Shown piece after piece: positions 36,293 through 48,531 of a stretch of 64,000 nt of DNA. The notes beneath the pieces are model-generated. The model saw only the letters and a list, made by a program, of their open reading frames with translations, did no database searches and was not told where the DNA came from. The DNA comes from Balanoglossus misakiensis (Eukaryota; Animalia; Hemichordata). Both the position numbers and the translations under genes were made by a program. The stretch spans positions 3,950,349-4,014,348 of the forward strand of contig CM082586.2 of assembly GCA_040954595.2 (NCBI GenBank). The letters are read 5' to 3'. Every line of letters begins with the position of its first letter. The stretch's first letter is position 1.

Positions 36293-37320
36293 ACTGCCAG
36301 TTTCAAAACAAATATTCATCGTTTTGGAAGACTCTAAGAATTTTTTTTTTACACTGCCAGGTTTTTTTTAGCTGTATGTGGATATGAATTCATATCTGGA
36401 ATCAGTTACAAGCAGATTGGTTTTCACTTATTTTGGTTTATTTCAGTTGAGAACAGATTTGCAGAGTCTATGGTTCCTACATTATTATGCAAATTTATGC
36501 AAATGTTAGATTTCTGTTAAGTTGGTTTTGTCTGCATGTTCATCTATTTGAAATCATGTGTTCAATTTTAGTACCGGTAAATGTCTGATCCCATAGGTCA
36601 TGTTCAATTATCGTATAAATTTCTGTTGTAGGAAACTTAACAAATATAAGAAATGTATATTGAAAAAAAAAAGTATTTTAAGTGTGTGCAAGAGAAAGCA
36701 ACCACTGCCATTTATATAAGTTTTGTAGTATGTATTTACAATTTTCCATTACTTGTACTTCTTGTTGAAATCTTGTCAGCTGAACTTTGTTGTTACAACG
36801 GTTATCACTGTTTGTTCTGTCTGGTACAGTGATATGCTTAAAAGTTAGCTGTGCGCACAGCTTGTCTGCTTGTTCTTCAAGATACTTTTTTTTACAACTA
36901 TTATACTTGCACAGTTAAAAAATGAAAACTGCAAACACGAGAAAATTATGCAATCTGTGATTGCTTTCTGGGATTACAGTTTTGAATCTGTCTATTTTTC
37001 GACAGAAAAAAAAATGTTTCCAAGTTTTAGTCGTGATGGATGTTTTTCCAAGTGAACAAACCAGATGTTCAAGTTCATTCATATTTGAGAAAAAAAATTA
37101 ATTGCCGGTTGTAGTCATTACCAAGTCATTGTCACTTGGAGAAAACCTTAATTACCCACTGCCATTATCTGAGTTTACATTGTTGGGGTTAAACACCACC
37201 AAGGTCAATTGACCTGACCTTCACACTGCCAGTGTCAATAGATGTGACCTTCGCAACTGCCAATGTCAAGATTTGACCACACTGCCACTAGACATCTAAT
37301 AATCTTATCTTCACACTGCC
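36293..37320 (+). promoter_or_regulatory. Cluster of miR-34/449-family seed-match sites in the probable 3' UTR
   Basis: CACTGCCA at 36352, 36703, 37157, 37224 and 37280; ACTGCCA at 36293 and 37256; CACTGCC at 37314. All are on the sense strand of the zinc-finger gene. Confidence 0.65.
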
Positions 37321-37826
37321 TTTCTCAAAACGCATGATTGGTTCAAAGCCACGCGCTATCTTTGCGCATTATTTTCATTTTATTTCCGAACCAAAAGTGG
37401 TTGTTATTACAGTTACTTTCTTTACCAAATCGCAAAACTCAATTAAAAACGTTTTTTAGTTCATGGTTTGAAAATTTGCATACTTAACCTTTGACCTCTG
37501 ATTTCACTTGAAATGTCTCAGGTAATATCAATATTCACGGCTCAAAATTCAATGGACATCTACATGATATTGTCCTAGGCTGTGGACACTTTACCACAAT
37601 TCTTATAACTGTCATCAAATCATTTCTTTACAATGTTACGTTCTCATCATAACAAGTTATTTCACCTTATATACAATATATATATTTATATGTATAATTT
37701 TGTAAGATATGTTTTGACAGTTTTAATAACGTGTCAATTATACTGAAATTATGAAAATAGTATGGTCTTGTTATTCTACAAACGATTATAATGAAATGAT
37801 CACCACCCCACCCAGCTGTACATACT

Positions 37827-37893
37827 TTAACCCTTCCACCACAATGGTTCGGTCCAAATCCATCTGTGGAAGAAATGGGGGTGGAAGGGTTAA
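37827..37893. mobile_element. Tiny piggyBac-like MITE, copy 2
   Basis: TTAA CCCTTCCACCAC ... GGGGGTGGAAGGG TTAA: TTAA on both sides plus terminal inverted repeats. Confidence 0.6.
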
Positions 37894-39184
37894 AAATGTT
37901 GCACTGGGCTCTTGGCTAAGTCTATAGATAGCCCTACCCTGTATTGGTGTCTGAGGGGGCCCCACCCTCTCTGTGTGTACATAGGGTACTCCATAACGAC
38001 CAGTCACCTTAACGGTTCACAAGAGATTAAAGGTTCAAGATCCATCTTTGGATCCAGTGACGAGGTCACACTCCATTCAGCTCTGTTGCCAAGGTTGGGA
38101 TTTATGACTGGTCAATGATCTTTTGCCCGAATGACTTGTAGATTTGTTTGGAGAGTAAGATGTAAGTGTGTTCGCACGACAGTCTGAATAGATGGTAGAT
38201 TTTTTTAACATAAAGGTTGTACGCATCTCGGGGGAGAGATGCTCAGGATGATAGTCCTGCAAATCTTCCATTGGTGATTCTGGTAACTCACAGCCCCTCG
38301 GGGGTAATAAATGGTTGCTATGGCCCTCATGGCCAGGCAATAGGTGTTCACTTTATTCCCTGCGTTTTGTAGAATTTAGAAATACTGGACTGCAGCTGTA
38401 TACTGCTGGTGTTACCAAGGATGCGGGGAGGGGGGGGGTGAGATCGAGCGTTTAGTGTCAGGGCAACAGACGTGCGCAGAATTTCACCAAAAACCGTTAT
38501 GCCTGAGTAAACACTTTATCTTAGCGCAGGAAGTAACAACAATAGCGGATTTCAAGCACTGAATACAACTGGCAATGGGGTCACGTGACTTGTATTTGTG
38601 TTTGCCTAGCGTCTAATCGAAAACGGAAATCTGTATTCACTGGGAGGGATGATACATGTAATTTACTGGCAGCCTACTAACTAGTATCTCTGAATGTGCG
38701 AGTCAGTAAATTTGGAACTGTGCAGGTTAAAATCGCCCCGAGTATATTATTACCACGGTGGGTGAAACGTGCGCGTAAAAATGTTGGAAACAGGCCTACT
38801 GTCTACACCGGGGATTATATTTTGAGATAGCTGGGGTCCTTGGCGGTGTTTGCACGACACCCTTTCATGTGCCGATAGAGTTTATCAAAGGGTAGTCGTG
38901 TTACGACACTTTACAGTGTGAATACATCCGGTGATACCAGCGATATGCAAATACTGTCCATCATAAGTAGGTTAACGCCAGTTTCGTCTTGATAAGAGAC
39001 CACACGCGATGGTTGCCAGGTACGTCCATCCACAGGTGAAACAACGGTCACACCTGAACTGTTAGTCTAGTCGCTTAAAAAACCTGCAAAGTTTCAACGA
39101 TAGAATTTGCACATTTCCAACTGGTTCAGTCGGACTCCGCCGCCTCAGTCCGTTATAGCAAATAAAACGCACTATCACAATTCA

Positions 39185-39255
39185 TTAGCTGCAATAATTG
39201 TAGCCTTGGTATGCTGGTTCAACCAGCCCACCAAGGATACAATTATTGCAGCTAA
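39185..39255. repeat. Near-perfect 71-nt palindrome/hairpin
   Basis: TTAGCTGCAATAATTGTA-G-CCTTGGT-AT-GCTGGTT c AACCAGC-CC-ACCAAGG-A-TACAATTATTGCAGCTAA. Confidence 0.85.
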
Positions 39256-40159
39256 ATCACAATGAATAGTCTACAAATACAACTGTTGTACACATATCTT
39301 TGTTTTCTCAAAGCCACGACTCATTAGATTTTACTCTGTAAAAAATAACGGAGATGTACGCATAGCGCAGTTTTGGCCAATAGGAGTTGCCAGCACATGC
39401 GTACTGATCAGTTGTATATATACTACCTGTTGATTGTATAACGAATAGCTGTCTTTACATTTTATTTACCTTGAATGTTGTGTAATTGACCTTTCATGAT
39501 TTTATCACTAATCCGCAGTTTACATAAGCTCTATAGTGGCGGGCTCTGGGCTCTTATGCCAGTACCCCGAGGGTGTTCCCTTAGAAGTATTATATAAGTG
39601 CACATGCGCAGCTGGTCTGGTCCCCCCTTTCAGCCCGGTTGCAATTTTCTAGTTCAGGCATATAAGTAGGTCAGGTTTGACGATCCGGTAACTGCCATCA
39701 TCAGGGGCTCGCGAGGTTCAAAATGAATTTGACTTTTGGTGCGCTTTGAGAAGGGTTCGGCAGTTTACAAGGAATAAACACACAAGCCTAGGATTTTTTT
39801 TTAAATTTTATTGCCAATTATGGATGGTATGATGTCCACTGTGATCAAAGGTAGTTAAATATGCTGACACCAAACAGGGAAACGTTTCGGTAGAAACTGC
39901 TGTCTCTTCGGAGGGTCCATGCACAGTGACTATTAAAAGTATTGAAAATTATAACGTCCGAACACTGTCGACCGAAACTGTAGTAGGTATAGAAGATTCC
40001 AGGACAATTCGAAAATGTCCGAAGCCTTCTCGACTTTTGTAATTAACTTGCCGGCCGGGATTGTCTCGTGGTCCCAAGAATTGTGATGTATTTCCAGCGA
40101 CAGTTGAGTTAACGATAAAACGTGGTTTTGTTTTTATGTAAATCGTTTGTCAGAAAGTA

Positions 40160-42498
40160 CTACTTTCTTTTTGATCTCCCCGTCGGCGTGGCTGACTTGG
40201 TGGGCGACGATTGGCCTTGTCTTGAACCAGAGCGCCCTCTCGAGTTTCCCTGGTTAGATTTTGAGTCAGCTCGTTTCTTTCGTTTAACATTTTGTGTCCC
40301 AGCATTCTCGTCTTTTCTCGCCAGTTTTGCTGTTGAAAGAAAGCACAATATTGTTGAGGTTGAAAAACGAGGAAAAGATCTGTGACAAAACCCGATAACA
40401 TGAGGTTTATCCTGACATATAAGTACATCTGACTCACCCAGAAATGCTGCGTCGAGATTTTCATCGTTCAACATAGGAACGTAGTGAGGCTTACTGTTAT
40501 CATCGTTTCCTGGAATATACAAATTATTAATATGAATATTAATAAATACAGACTTAATTGTGAATGTGGCCGACAAGGACATATGTGCTGCTGCCATGAC
40601 CAGAAAGACCAGAATCTATGGTGAAATCTTTTTGGAATAATGCCGAGACCACCATATCAAAATCTTTGAAAATGGTGGTGGTGGTGATGATGATGATGAC
40701 GACGACAACGATGATGTTGATGGTCGTCGTTGCAATCGACTGTGTCATCGTAACAATATGTACATGTAATAGTACACTTACTTTCCACTCTCACTAAGAC
40801 GAATGTTTCTCTTTCTTTTAGTATCTCATTTGCATATTTCTGAAGAGATTCTGCAACATGTAGGTACTTAATATTTCCTTCGTTGTCTGACAGATCAACT
40901 TCCACTGAAATGAAAAACAGAAATATAATATTGTGCTGCTTCAATCTGATATCATGAGAATTAAACATAATTGGACTCTAATGCTTCGATCAATGACGTT
41001 TTCATATCAAACGAAAGTATAGTTCTTTAATTCTATGGCAACATTTATTTTCTAAAGAGAGTCTGTCGATTTTTTAAAATGTTCGTCTGAATCTTTTCAA
41101 AACGTACTTACTGTCTTCATCACACCGACATCTTTGTTTAATGTTTTCTAATAATAGCATCGTCCTACAGTTGGGATTGAAAAGCGCTTCTTCGGAATCT
41201 GAAAATCAAAAGATACGCTAAATTAACGGTTCCTGCAATGATACGAGTGAACTTTCACTGAAGCTTTGACTTTCTGATTGGCCGTGGCAGTAATTTAAAA
41301 TTGTTTGCGAGATGAGATGAATTGTGAAACATGAAAATCCGACTTTCGTTGAAACCGTCGATTAGGCACGTTTGCCATCAACGATTAACATTCGTGTGAG
41401 TGATGAGTAAACATGTCAATTTAACTTTACAAAGACAGATCCCGAAACATGAGTCTTCAAGTATTCTTGAAGAAAAGGCTCGTGCATCTTATTCTAGTCT
41501 GAACTCTCGGGCCAAGTGGACCAAGCCCCTCTTAAATTGACTCTATAAAACCACCATACGTGTTTGCTTAACTCGTCTATTGTCTGTCAATAGTGCGTTG
41601 CAAAGTCGTTCTGGCTTCTGTGTTTTGTTGTAAACAACGCGGCCATTTGCCGTCTGAATATCGAGCACGTCCGCTAATCGATGTGTCGTCCCGATGGTCA
41701 ACGGCAATTCACGACCTTGGAAACGGGTCGCGAAGACAGTCGTAAGACGCGAGGACACACCTGACGCTGCCATTGTTCGTGTAAAGATGAATGTAGGCGA
41801 AATAAATAGTTAATAAATGAGACATTGGGATGACCTTTAAGTTGTCCTACTGTAATTTCAATTGTGTTCATTCCAGGTGCACTTATCTCAGGCCAAAGAA
41901 TGCATTACGTCACTGCAAAGCTACCAAAGAAGTCAATAGGATTCGTGTCGGCTACCGTTCAACCACAGTGTTTGCCCATGGGATTCTAAGATGGAATGCC
42001 AGCACTGGATAAGACAGTATTTGTCAAATTCGGATCTTGATTGCTAATCTGGTCAGAGCAGAGTTAATACCACAATGCGCGAGCGACCCAAACAATTTTT
42101 TTAAAAGTCTGAAGCGGTCTGTCGCCAGTCTGTAGGCTAACATAACGTAACTATTTACACTTGCATCTAAACAAACGGCGAAATCAAGCCTAAGTCTGTT
42201 ACGATTTCCCGAAGTTAAAATACAGACACACTTGTCGTAGCCGACAGCAGTGGGCATTTTCGTGGAATTTGTGGATAATATAGAAGACATGTTTTGCTTT
42301 GGGCGAAAAACGGACACCGTTAGGAGACACCACGGCCAACTCAATTGACGCTGTTTATTGTAGTACACAAGTTTCAAGTGCGTGTTTGAACTCTCCACCT
42401 TGCATTGACGACAACGCACTCGCGGCCTTTCATCGCCAAACTGTGAATAGCTGAGTACAACCTGTTAACTTACCTCCGTACCTGACTGTGATAAACAT
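40160..42498 (-). CDS. CXorf65/C22orf15-like small protein, 158 aa; exons 42498-42474, 41198-41112, 40904-40782, 40509-40438, 40329-40160
   Basis: Spliced product MFITVRYGDSEEALFNPNCRTMLLLENIKQRCRCDEDMEVDLSDNEGNIKYL..KYANEILKERETFVLVRVE..HYVPML followed by a basic tail. All introns are phase 1 GT-AG. It matches the family pattern MFI.V.YG....L.N.NC....LL..I. Confidence 0.85.
40674..40730. repeat. Degenerate (GGT)/(GAT)/(GAC) triplet repeat, intronic
   Basis: ggtggtggtggtgatgatgatgatgacgacgacaacgatg. Confidence 0.8.
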
Positions 42499-43693
42499 AC
42501 TGTCCTCGCCGCGCCAGACGTACAAATCAACAAGTGTAAATAATTTAATCCAGTGTAGAGAGAGGGTACCACAGGTGTTGATGGCAATTCACGATGTCGT
42601 CAATTCGCTCTATTGTCTGCAGACGGTGTAGTGAAAGTATTGAACGCTCTCTTTGTTTCCTTTGTGACTCCTTCTGAGTCACGTGACAACTCCTTAATGC
42701 ATTGGTGTCGGCATTCCGTCAAAACGAATCACTCGATATCACCGTGACTAGCACCAAACCAAGGCACCGCAGATGGCATACGCGACCACAGTAATAACTA
42801 TACCATTTTCGATTTTCAAAAGCACTTTACTCAATTAATTAACCACATCGGCAATTTCTTTTTAACAAATTGGAAACGAAGTGTTTTCTTAATGCGATTT
42901 CCATGTTCAGATATGCCACTGGGAATAAAAGACGGTCAATAATTAGACGATTTTTGACGTGATTTCAAATCATGCTCAAAAGTGTCTCTACTCGATCGGG
43001 AAAATAATTGCACGTCTTTGACCACGTTTCCATGATTACTTTAAACATACAACCCCAATAAATTTACCGAGTACAGAGCTAACCACGGATCATCATGATA
43101 ATGGCCAATTAAAGTTTATACTGCGACGTTTAGTAGTCGAGATCGTCCAATGTGTGCCATTAAGCCATTGTTAGCCTCTACAGAGGTGCCCCGGAGCATT
43201 GTACTTACCCCTTTAAGTTAAAATATGAGTCTCTGAATGAATGTTATAGTCAGTCGATTTATTCTCAAAACGCTCATGGCAGCAGCAACATCGTTTTACA
43301 TCGTGACTAAGCGAAAGGCAGGTAAATTTATTGGCGGAGGGGGGGGGGGGGGTGCACGAACACCACCGCGGATTATTCCTGGCAGTTATTTTATACCGAT
43401 ACTTGATACGGGAATTAATTTTGTGGCATTGATAATATATTTGATCTGACAATGTCTACACAGATGTGCGCACCCCACCCCACCTGTAGCAGAATGGAAT
43501 GTCCAAGCTTAAGATATGCCTTGATAATCTAAGAGAATCTATTATGCTAATCGGTGATTCGACCTGCTTAAAGCCGATCATTTTGTCAGTACCGTATTTT
43601 TATTTTAACTAATTTCAAGGAAGTACATATTAAATATTATAAATCCTTGCGCGACAACGTTTTTTGCGCCTGTCGAGTCACTCTCGCCCAGTT

Positions 43694-43706
43694 GTTGCTA
43701 GGCAAC
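43694..43706. promoter_or_regulatory. RFX X-box between the divergent CXorf65-like and SLC17 genes
   Basis: GTTGCTAGGCAAC, a near-palindromic X-box. Confidence 0.6.
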
Positions 43707-45285
43707 CTAAGTCGGGGCGATTTCAGAGAATTCATAATTTATGAAGGCATATTAATCAGTGTCTATATCGGTGAATGCATTTCACATAATGTGGCCATTT
43801 TCTTCCATAGGATATAGGTACGTATGTTCTCTGCTCAATGATTTGACGAAATCAGTGGAGTTTTTGATGATCAGTATTAAGATCTTTATCTTTTGAGTGT
43901 CTAGTTTGTACAAACCCCCACAATAATCATGTTAATCCGTCCAGTATAGTGTGGTATGTTTCACATATGTTCCAGACATCTGACAGATGGCTTTTACTGA
44001 TATCTTATTCCACGTAGCTGTCAATTTACAATTTTCATTCTGTTTTTTACTTTTACGAGGCTGCCGTCCAATATTAATACGTTCTCTAGGATTCTAGTTT
44101 TCTGTTAATTGCATTGCATTCAAGGATTCAAATGTTTGATCACATGTTTGCATTGCCAGAGGTTGATTTACTGACTGACTTGCTGTCAAAATATCACGTT
44201 TCTTTTTTGAGGTGATCGCCTACAAAAGGCAGTATATACTCAAACATGTCTGTGTCTGTATAATTATAAATATTTTCCGCAGTATTTTTGTTCGGTGGGT
44301 GATCAACCATTGTTTCTTGTTCGTCTCCCTGAAACACGATTACATGTATATTCCTAATACCTGTATATATTAAACTTGTGATCTGTGTCATAACCATTGA
44401 CCTTTTCAAAAATTCGCCTTTCAAGTACATAATTAGATTCGCACCGTTTCATATTCCAAAATAAGCGGAACCGCTGGAGATGTTAATAACCCAGAGATGT
44501 TGAATACTCCCCATTTCTAACTAGAACTAATATATTCACAGGTAGCAGTTCTATATTTGAAGACTATTATTTTCACCAGTAGGACTTTTGTTGCTTCATT
44601 GAAGGGAAATATCAGCCAGGCTTCATATAATATCATAAAATGATTTAATTGATTTAATTGCAAGTGTTTGAATTGGCATATGTTTCAGATGACCATTTAG
44701 TGTTTAAACATGAAACGTCAATACAAAGGGCTTCAGGCAATCGGGTGACTGAGAACTGCATACAACACAAATGTGCCTTGTAAAATATAAAGTATTTGAT
44801 TATATACAAAAATCTATCTTAGAAGCAACCTGTTTTTGAAAAGATCGACAGTCTGTCTAACATAATCACTGTGATTTTAAAAAAGTGGATATTTCCTTCT
44901 GTCAGTATGTACTCCCCTCGCAAATAATGGTTGAATCTAGTCAGCCGGATATTTAATACCCCAGGAAAAGGTTGGTGCAAATGAATTGTTACCATGGAGA
45001 CAGAGATAGTTAAAGTTGACCTTGGCTGAAAAATATTAATGGAAATCACACATGATGAAATGCTATAAAATACACTCATTTTAAGTCTAAATTTAGAATA
45101 TTTTTGTCATTTATATTTTTGATTACATGTATAATATCATCACAATGAGTTGATCATGTATGTTGTCTTCTATACGCAAGAAATAATCAACATTTTTATC
45201 ACACAATTTTTTTTGTAATACTTGCTTGTCTCGCAGAATGGATTAACCACTGATATTGGTGATTGCATTCTGACCTCTCGTAACC

Positions 45286-48200
45286 ATGGATAAGGAATCC
45301 GGCAAGAAGCCAGCGAGCGGGACCCCGATGCAAGAGATCTTCACTGAGAAGACTTCCATTCGCAGCGCGTACAGTTATGAGTTTGACGAAAGAAAACCGG
45401 TCACTTCTGTGGAGTCCTGCTTGCAGAAGATTCCCAAGAGATACGTTCTGGCAATCATGGCTTTTCTAGGCTTCTGTAATGTCTATGCCTTAAGGGTGAA
45501 CCTGAGTGTTGCCATAGTTGCCATGACAACCAACAAGACAGTGATCAAGGGAAACGAAACAGTTACTGAGGTAACATTCCCCCCTCCCCCAATGTATATT
45601 CATAGATTTTGTGTAAACATTGTATGAAGTTTCAGTTCATCATCATAGCTTAATTCTATATGAATATCCGTTAGAAAATAAATGACATTCCACAACTTTT
45701 CCTTACAGCCTGCAGACTTTGACTGGGATTACCAATTACAAGGCAGGTTTCATTTCATTTAATACTTAATGTGCACACACGAACAGTGAAGAACTCTAAA
45801 CTATAATGTATATATTTGAGATGTTCTTTTCTTTAAATTTTCGACAAACATTTTTAAATTGTTGTCATCATCTTTCAGGCATCATTCTTGGGTCATTCTT
45901 CTATGGTTACATTGTGACGCAGATCCCAGGCGGATGGCTGGCAAACAAAATGGGTGGCAAGGTGATCTTTGGTAGTGGTATCCTAGCAACCGCTTTGCTC
46001 ACTCTGTTGACGCCCATAGCAACAATGTGGAGTGTTTATCTCTTGATTGGTATCAGGATTATTGAAGGTCTATTTGAGGTAAACAATATCAATTATTCTT
46101 AATATTAATTATTCTTCTATTCAATTAAACGCAACCGTGCATGTAAATTATAGAAAATTTTATTATGTCTCACATCTTGTAAAATTGCAGGGAGTGACAT
46201 ATCCAGCAATCCATGCAATCTGGAGCAGATGGGCTCCTCCTATGGAAAGAAGTAAACTGGCTACTTTTGCCTTTGCTGGTAATTATCTAAGTCTACATTT
46301 TGTAAAAAGTTCCTCAACATTGAACGAATGCCAGGTGCACCTTTTATTTAAACCACTAATTTATATGTTACATGCAAACATATTTATTCATTGTGGAAGT
46401 TGAATAAAAGCTAAATTGAAGATAAAGATATTTTATCTCGCAGTCACAGTTTATCGTCATCATTTTCTGATAGGTTCATATGTAGGCACCGTGATATCTA
46501 TGCCTCTCTCTGGAATTCTGGCCAAGAGTGTCGGTTGGCCATCGGTCTTCTATGTTTTTGGTAAGTATACTACCCACTGAAAATGTGGGATTGACTGTAC
46601 ACGTATTTTAAGCCAGTACAGGTTATATAATACACTAAACAAAAGAAGACCATTGGCTACTTATCTTCATTGGTGGGCCTTATATGTTAATATAAACATA
46701 ATATGTATATTTCACAGGTGGACTGGGTGTGTTGTGGTTTGTTGGTTGGTGGTTTCTGATCAGCGATTCGCCAACGGAACATCCCACCATTTCTCATCTG
46801 GAATTGAACTACATCCAGGACAGCATTGGTATTCCAGCTGATTCTGAAAGGGTAGGTAGTCTGACTTGGATCCCTAAATAGTGGCATATATAATTACTGA
46901 TACAACTCGTGATTATGTGAATTTTTCTGATACATGTATTTACGTCTGTTTGCAGAGTCGTCCTCCATGGAAAGCTATCTTGACAAGTCTACCTGTATGG
47001 GCCATTATTGCTGCTCATTTTAGTGAGAATTGGGGCTTTTACACTATGTTGACCGCTCTACCTACATTCTTCAAGCAAGTTCTTGGTTTTGATCTCTTTA
47101 AGGTACGGACACATTCAAAGATGTTTCATATTTCTCACCTATTCTACTGTGATTTTCATATATAGCCATATTAAACTTTGACGTCAAAGTAATACATTTG
47201 TAATACTGACATTACCCTCAGAGTGTCTATCATTCACGCCATTCAAATTGATTCTTTGTCAGTACTTATAATTTCTGTGTTTGTCTTCCACACGCTATAG
47301 GCAGGGATGTTGTCTGCATTGCCGTACATAATGATGGCATGCAGTGTAGCCATTGGTGGCCAAATCACTGATTATCTCCGCGAACATGGATACATATCAA
47401 CAACTCGCATTAGGAAAATATTCAACTGTTCAGGTGAGTGTGTTAATTTTGTGTGCACCTTATTTAAACAGTCAAAACTGTCGAATGACGCCAGTCAAGG
47501 GACTTTCCTAAAGTTAAAATAATTTTGCAAAATTTGAATAGAATTTGGCATGACCCTAACAAACTCATCTCAAATGTTCTGCATCGATATTGTACAACAA
47601 AATGGCTTTTTGTGCCACTAGAAAATATGAACCCTGCGCTGTTTCAATGCTAAATGTTAAAAGCATGACTTCTTACATCACATTTTGTTGTCTTTTGGTA
47701 GCGTTTATTCTACAAGCTGTATTTATGATCGGAACTGCATACACCAGAAATGCAGCAGTATCTGTGGCTTGTCTTACGATCGGTGTTGGATTTGGTGGGT
47801 TTGCATGGAGTGGTTTTAGTGTTAACCCACTTGATATAGCCCCTCAGGTAAATCCAAATTATATTTGATAATTGTCAACATATTTGTTGTAGCAATGCTT
47901 CGGTAATTAAGTCATACGGTAATGTGACTTGTACATTCCTAAACTGATTTTATCTAAAATATGTTTTGTTTGTTAGATGATTTCATAGAATCTACCATGG
48001 CCATGCATGGCCAGTGACAGCAGCTGACACACCTAAACTGATACGATTAATTGTATTCAATCTATTCTGATTTCAGCATGCTAGTGTGATCTTTGGAATA
48101 TCTAATTTTGTTGCCACAATTCCTGGTATCGTCAGTCCAGCTATTACTGGTACCATTATTAAACATCAGGTGAGATCTTTCATTTCCTATATCCTTTTCC

Positions 48201-48531
48201 TATAGGAACCCTAGTGGAATTTTCTGTAATAAAGTATATATACATCACTACTGAAATAGAATTATGTCACAAGATTGAGAGTGTCCCTGAAACGTCTAAT
48301 ATAGATTATAAATTCTTTATTTCTTGCACATAGACGGCAGGAGAATGGGAGATAGTGTTCTACATTGGGGCAGCTATTTACCTGTTTGGAGCCATAGTCT
48401 ATGGTTTGCTAGCCTCTGGTGAACTGCAGCCGTGGGCTGAGACATCAGACTATTTGGTGTGTCCGGGTGATTCAGTGCCAACAACACCGTTAGAAGATGA
48501 AACTGCCAAGCCAGATAAAACTGATGAGTAA
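45286..48531 (+). CDS. SLC17 family MFS anion transporter (sialin/SLC17A5-like), about 514 aa; exons 45286-45570, 45709-45742, 45879-46078, 46191-46278, 46474-46560, 46718-46851, 46956-47102, 47301-47433, 47702-47847, 48077-48169, 48334-48531
   Basis: [99 protein letters not shown]. Confidence 0.93.

Noticed and set aside
38077-38340. 87-aa minus-strand ORF as a retroelement remnant
   Set aside because: No convincing reverse transcriptase or endonuclease motifs; it partly overlaps a short dispersed repeat.
39880-39916. Possible Penelope-type hammerhead ribozyme on the minus strand (CCGAAGAG..CGAAACGTT)
   Set aside because: The CUGANGA core is broken (CCGAAGA) and I could not form convincing stems.
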